A stretch of 64,000 nt of DNA, taken from contig JBEKYR010000012.1 of assembly GCA_049510745.1 (NCBI GenBank), forward strand, positions 74,208 to 138,207, in the 5' to 3' direction. This stretch comes from Verrucomicrobiota bacterium (GTDB lineage Bacteria; Verrucomicrobiota; Verrucomicrobiia; Limisphaerales; Palsa-1400). The notes beneath the pieces are model-generated. The model ran no database searches, was not told the origin of the DNA, and saw only the letters and a list, made by a program, of their open reading frames with translations. Both the position numbers and the translations under genes were made by a program. Below are positions 60,601-64,000 of this stretch, in pieces. Within the stretch, counting starts at the first letter, position 1; each line of letters opens with the position of its first letter.

Positions 60601-60969
60601 TCAGGCAAGGTTCATGTCGGCGGGAAAATAGCTGCGGTATTTCCGGCGCGGGTTTTGATTGCTGGACGGTGTCACCGTGCCGCACGGGTGCTGCCAGACT
60701 TGGCGGCGGTTGTTCCAATGGAAGCCATACTCGGCCAGTGCCGCAGTGATTTCTCTCGGCTGCCGGTCTTCAAACTGAATCCAAACCCACTTGCCAACCA
60801 CTTCCGCCAATTCCCAAAAGTCCGGCGCTTCCCGTCGAATCAACCTCAACAGTGATTCGGTTGGTAATCCCCGGTTCCGATGTCTGCGGGCGAAGTCAAT
60901 TCTTGGCAAATTGTCTTGAATGCGCTGTGCGGTCCGGTTCTTGAGCTCTGAATCTGAATTTGTTTTCAT
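60601..60969 (-). CDS. Hypothetical protein (island)
   Basis: EVVGKWVWI, GFHWN..RQVWQHPCG. Confidence 0.65.
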   Translation of the reverse strand: MKTNSDSELKNRTAQRIQDNLPRIDFARRHRNRGLPTESLLRLIRREAPDFWELAEVVGKWVWIQFEDRQPREITAALAEYGFHWNNRRQVWQHPCGTVTPSSNQNPRRKYRSYFPADMNLA

Positions 60970-61956
60970 AATCTTTTTTTTTGCTGCTGTGCGTTCTCGG
61001 CCTCTCGCCCTTCACGAAAAAGCCTGCGGAACAGGGCGGCCAGCGGGAGTAGTCTTCAGAGGGCACCGCGTCCGGCCCCCTCAGACTGAAAGCTGCGGAG
61101 TGGAGCGGTCGCCCATTTGCGTAGGGCCAGACGCGCAGAGCGAGCGCAGCGATTCCGAGCATCGTAGCCGGAGCGAATGGGCGAGTAAGCGGAAGGCAGT
61201 GGCTTTCAGGCTGAGGGACAAGCTCGAATCCGGGGCGGCATGAGTTCGGCGGTTTTGCGGAGGCCCAGCCTCGCACGAAGGAGAAGCGTAGCCGGGAGCA
61301 AAAGCCGCCGCTCTCAGGACGCGAGGGGATCAGCCTGTCTCCGGCAATTTGAAACGAGGAACGGAGCGCAATGGAAGCGATGGACGGTGGAGTGCTTCAC
61401 TGGCGGCGCTGGAATGGAGCGGAGTGAGCGTTTTGAATTGGCGGAGTCAGGCCCCAAACCGCAGCCGATGTGTCGTCGTGGAATCTGGAGGCCGAGGCTC
61501 GCAGGCACGAGAACCGGAGCAGGAGAATTCCACGGCGACTCATCGGCGGTCGGTCCGGGGGGATGATTTGTCGGAGGAAATCCTCATCAGGAAAACTATT
61601 GTTGAATTTGTCAGAGAAAGCTTTTGACAAGATTGTCCAGGGGAGCCGGTTGCAGTGAGGATCGGATCGGAAAGGTGGTTGGAGAACGATCAAGGATTTT
61701 TTCGATCATGAAATCGGACACTAGGGTAATGGCTCGATGTTGCGATGAATCAGACTGATGTTTCAGTGCGTACACATAATCATACCTAATGTTATTTAAA
61801 CGTATCTCTAAAATCGTCAATTGGTTAGAGAAAAGAATCGACAAGCTCGAAAAATCTTATTATATGTAATCCCTGAAGGAGAATTTAGTAGCTGAACTTT
61901 TGACGGGCATCCTCAGTAGGTTTTCCGAGTCGCCGAGAGTTTGGGGAAAGGTGGAA

Positions 61957-64000
61957 ATGAAGTGGACGGATTTGTGGCGTGAGAGATTGGCGAAGGCTGC
62001 GCGCGTCAGTTGGAGTATTGCGACTTGTGCCTCGTTGCCAGCGAAGTTGGGGCCGGCGCTTGTTTTTCTGTTGCTGCTCGATTTGGGCGGCGCTCCTTGC
62101 CGGGGACAATCCTCTATGGGCACGGCGGCGAAGGTCCTGGATTCCAGCGATTATGCGATCGTTCAGCGCGGGCCGCATTGGCGGACGTGGGGAACAATCA
62201 CAACGCAGACGAATCAGTTGGGGCAGGTGTTGACGCAAACGAACTTGGCCTATACGGAACTCGCCACCGGACTTTGTTACCAGAAAGATGGGCAATGGGT
62301 TGATTCTGTCGAGCAAATAGACCTTGTGGCCGATGGCGCTTCTGCGACGCAAGGGCAGCACAAGGTTCGTTGGATGGGCAACGCAAATACGGCAGGCGGC
62401 GCGGTTCATCTGACCACTCCGGACAATAAGGATTTCCTGAGCCGGGTTTATGGGTTGAGTTATTTTGATGCTTCTACCGGCGCCAACATTCTCATCGCGG
62501 AACTGAAAGATTCCCAAGGTTTGCTCGTGGGGAATAATCAGATAGTTTATCCTGACACATTTACCGATCTGACGGCCGACCTTGAATACGACGTGACCCT
62601 GGATGGGCTGGAGCAGAACGTCATCCTTCGCGCGCAGCCTCCCTCGCCCTCAGCTTACGGATTGAATCCAGATACTACTCGCCTCCAGGTCTATACGGAG
62701 TTTTTTGATCCGCCCGCGCCTCAAATAACGGTCATGGAGGACAATGGGATCGCGCATGACGCATTTCTGAATTTTGGAGAGATGAGCATTGGAGTTGGCA
62801 GCGCGTTTCTCACCGAAAGCCAGAGGATCCGGATTGATGCCGGTTCGGTCTATAAGCACTGGACGCAGATAAACGGCCGCACCTTTCTCATCGAGGAAAT
62901 TCCCTACGCATCTATTGCGAACCTGCTCCAAGCGTTGCCGTTGCACTCCTCCGTGGTGAATCCGAACCAGAGCATTATCAGGCGGATTGCCTCCTCTAAA
63001 TCACCGACGCCGAAACGCGGGCTCTCGAGATCGGGCACTCCTATCCGGGTGGCGAAGACGCGGCCCCGTCAAGCGGGTTTGGTCGTGGACTACACTACCG
63101 TTGGAAGCGTGAACAACTACGATTTCGCGGGAAACATGACCTATTATCTGTCCGCCAACGCCGCTATGGGCGGAACGAACACGACGTTTGAAGGCGGGAC
63201 GCTATTAAAATTTGCCAGCAATGTGACCATGACGGTCAATTCGCCAGTGACCTGGACGGCCAGCGCGTATAATCCAGTTATTCTGACCGCCAAGGACGAC
63301 AGCGGCGTGGGAGCTTCGATCTCCGGCTCGACTCGCAATCCCGGAACAAAATATTACGCGAATACGGCGTTTTACTTCAATGCGAGCAGGGCGGGCACGA
63401 ACCTGATCCTCAACCATCTGCGAGTGATGAACGCCAAGACCGCAGTGACCATCAACGGGAATACCAACCATGTATTGAGCGACGTGCAAATGGTCAACTG
63501 CGGCAATGGACTGGCCGCGACGAACGCGGGGTTCAGCCTGTGGAACGGGCTGATGTATAACGTGATGACCAATTTCACCGGCACCAATTCCACTGGGGAC
63601 GTCGAGCATTTGACGGTGGACACGGCGAACTGGCTGAACATCAACGAGACCTTGAATATGACCAACTGTCTGCTCGTGGCAGTGACGAACACCGGGACGA
63701 TTGCCAGCAGCGCTGAGATCTATACGGCGACCAGCGGTTCGGCGGCCTTCCAGAGCGCGGGCTTGGGGGCGCATTATCTGGCGGAGGGCAGCCCGTGTGT
63801 GAACGCGGGAACCACCAACATCGCCCCCGCGCTGGCGGCGGCTCTGATGCAATTGACCACCTTTCCGCCGGTGGTGCTGACCGCCAATTTCAGTAACAAC
63901 ACCACCTTGTCGCCGCAGGCCCAACGGGATACGGATACGCCAGATGTCGGCTACCATTACGATCCGCTGGATTATGTCTGGACCAATCTGACGGTCAGTT
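61957..64000 (+). CDS. Large secreted protein (5' part; runs off the right edge of the window)
   Basis: Frame from ATG 61957 (translated manually in part): hydrophobic leader, YAIVQRGPHWRTW, YTELATGL, EQNVILR, beta-rich T/N-rich region, QRDTDTPDVGYHYDPLDY. Confidence 0.8.
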   Translation, partial: MKWTDLWRERLAKAARVSWSIATCASLPAKLGPALVFLLLLDLGGAPCRGQSSMGTAAKVLDSSDYAIVQRGPHWRTWGTITTQTNQLGQVLTQTNLAYTELATGLCYQKDGQWVDSVEQIDLVADGASATQGQHKVRWMGNANTAGGAVHLTTPDNKDFLSRVYGLSYFDASTGANILIAELKDSQGLLVGNNQIVYPDTFTDLTADLEYDVTLDGLEQNVILRAQPPSPSAYGLNPDTTRLQVYTEFFDPPAPQITVMEDNGIAHDAFLNFGEMSIGVGSAFLTESQRIRIDAGSVYKHWTQINGRTFLIEEIPYASIANLLQALPLHSSVVNPNQSIIRRIASSKSPTPKRGLSRSGTPIRVAKTRPRQAGLVVDYTTVGSVNNYDFAGNMTYYLSANAAMGGTNTTFEGGTLLKFASNVTMTVNSPVTWTASAYNPVILTAKDDSGVGASISGSTRNPGTKYYANTAFYFNASRAGTNLILNHLRVMNAKTAVTINGNTNHVLSDVQMVNCGNGLAATNAGFSLWNGLMYNVMTNFTGTNSTGDVEHLTVDTANWLNINETLNMTNCLLVAVTNTGTIASSAEIYTATSGSAAFQSAGLGAHYLAEGSPCVNAGTTNIAPALAAALMQLTTFPPVVLTANFSNNTTLSPQAQRDTDTPDVGYHYDPLDYVWTNLTVS

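Overview
GC-rich bacterial chromosome segment, probably Verrucomicrobiota (inferred from gene content, REP-like palindromes and large secreted Ig-repeat proteins). The core is housekeeping: leuS, msrA, rdgB, ubiX, manC, trpA, atpD-atpC, mdtABC, tal, tRNA-Val(GAC), queG, aroK, gatCA, ptsH-hprK-lptB-lptA-like-kdsA, pgi and a fluoride-riboswitch crcB operon. Several accessory modules are interspersed. The best candidate for a new system is a 1.49-kb AT-rich cassette (13875-15364) with 22-bp terminal inverted repeats, an 8-bp target-site duplication (7/8) and no transposase. It carries a translationally coupled pair: a Ser1 proteasome-beta-like Ntn hydrolase and an HNH nuclease. Other notable items are a 2.3-kaa secreted protein with three cyclophilin domains, a GxxExxY nuclease gene flanked by periodic inverted repeats, an ECF sigma / unknown protein / Ser-Thr kinase triad and several toxin-antitoxin pairs. 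From about 57.4 kb the window enters a tRNA-targeted genomic island containing a truncated RitA-RitB-like fused recombinase. All family calls are from motif recognition by eye; no database searches were run.
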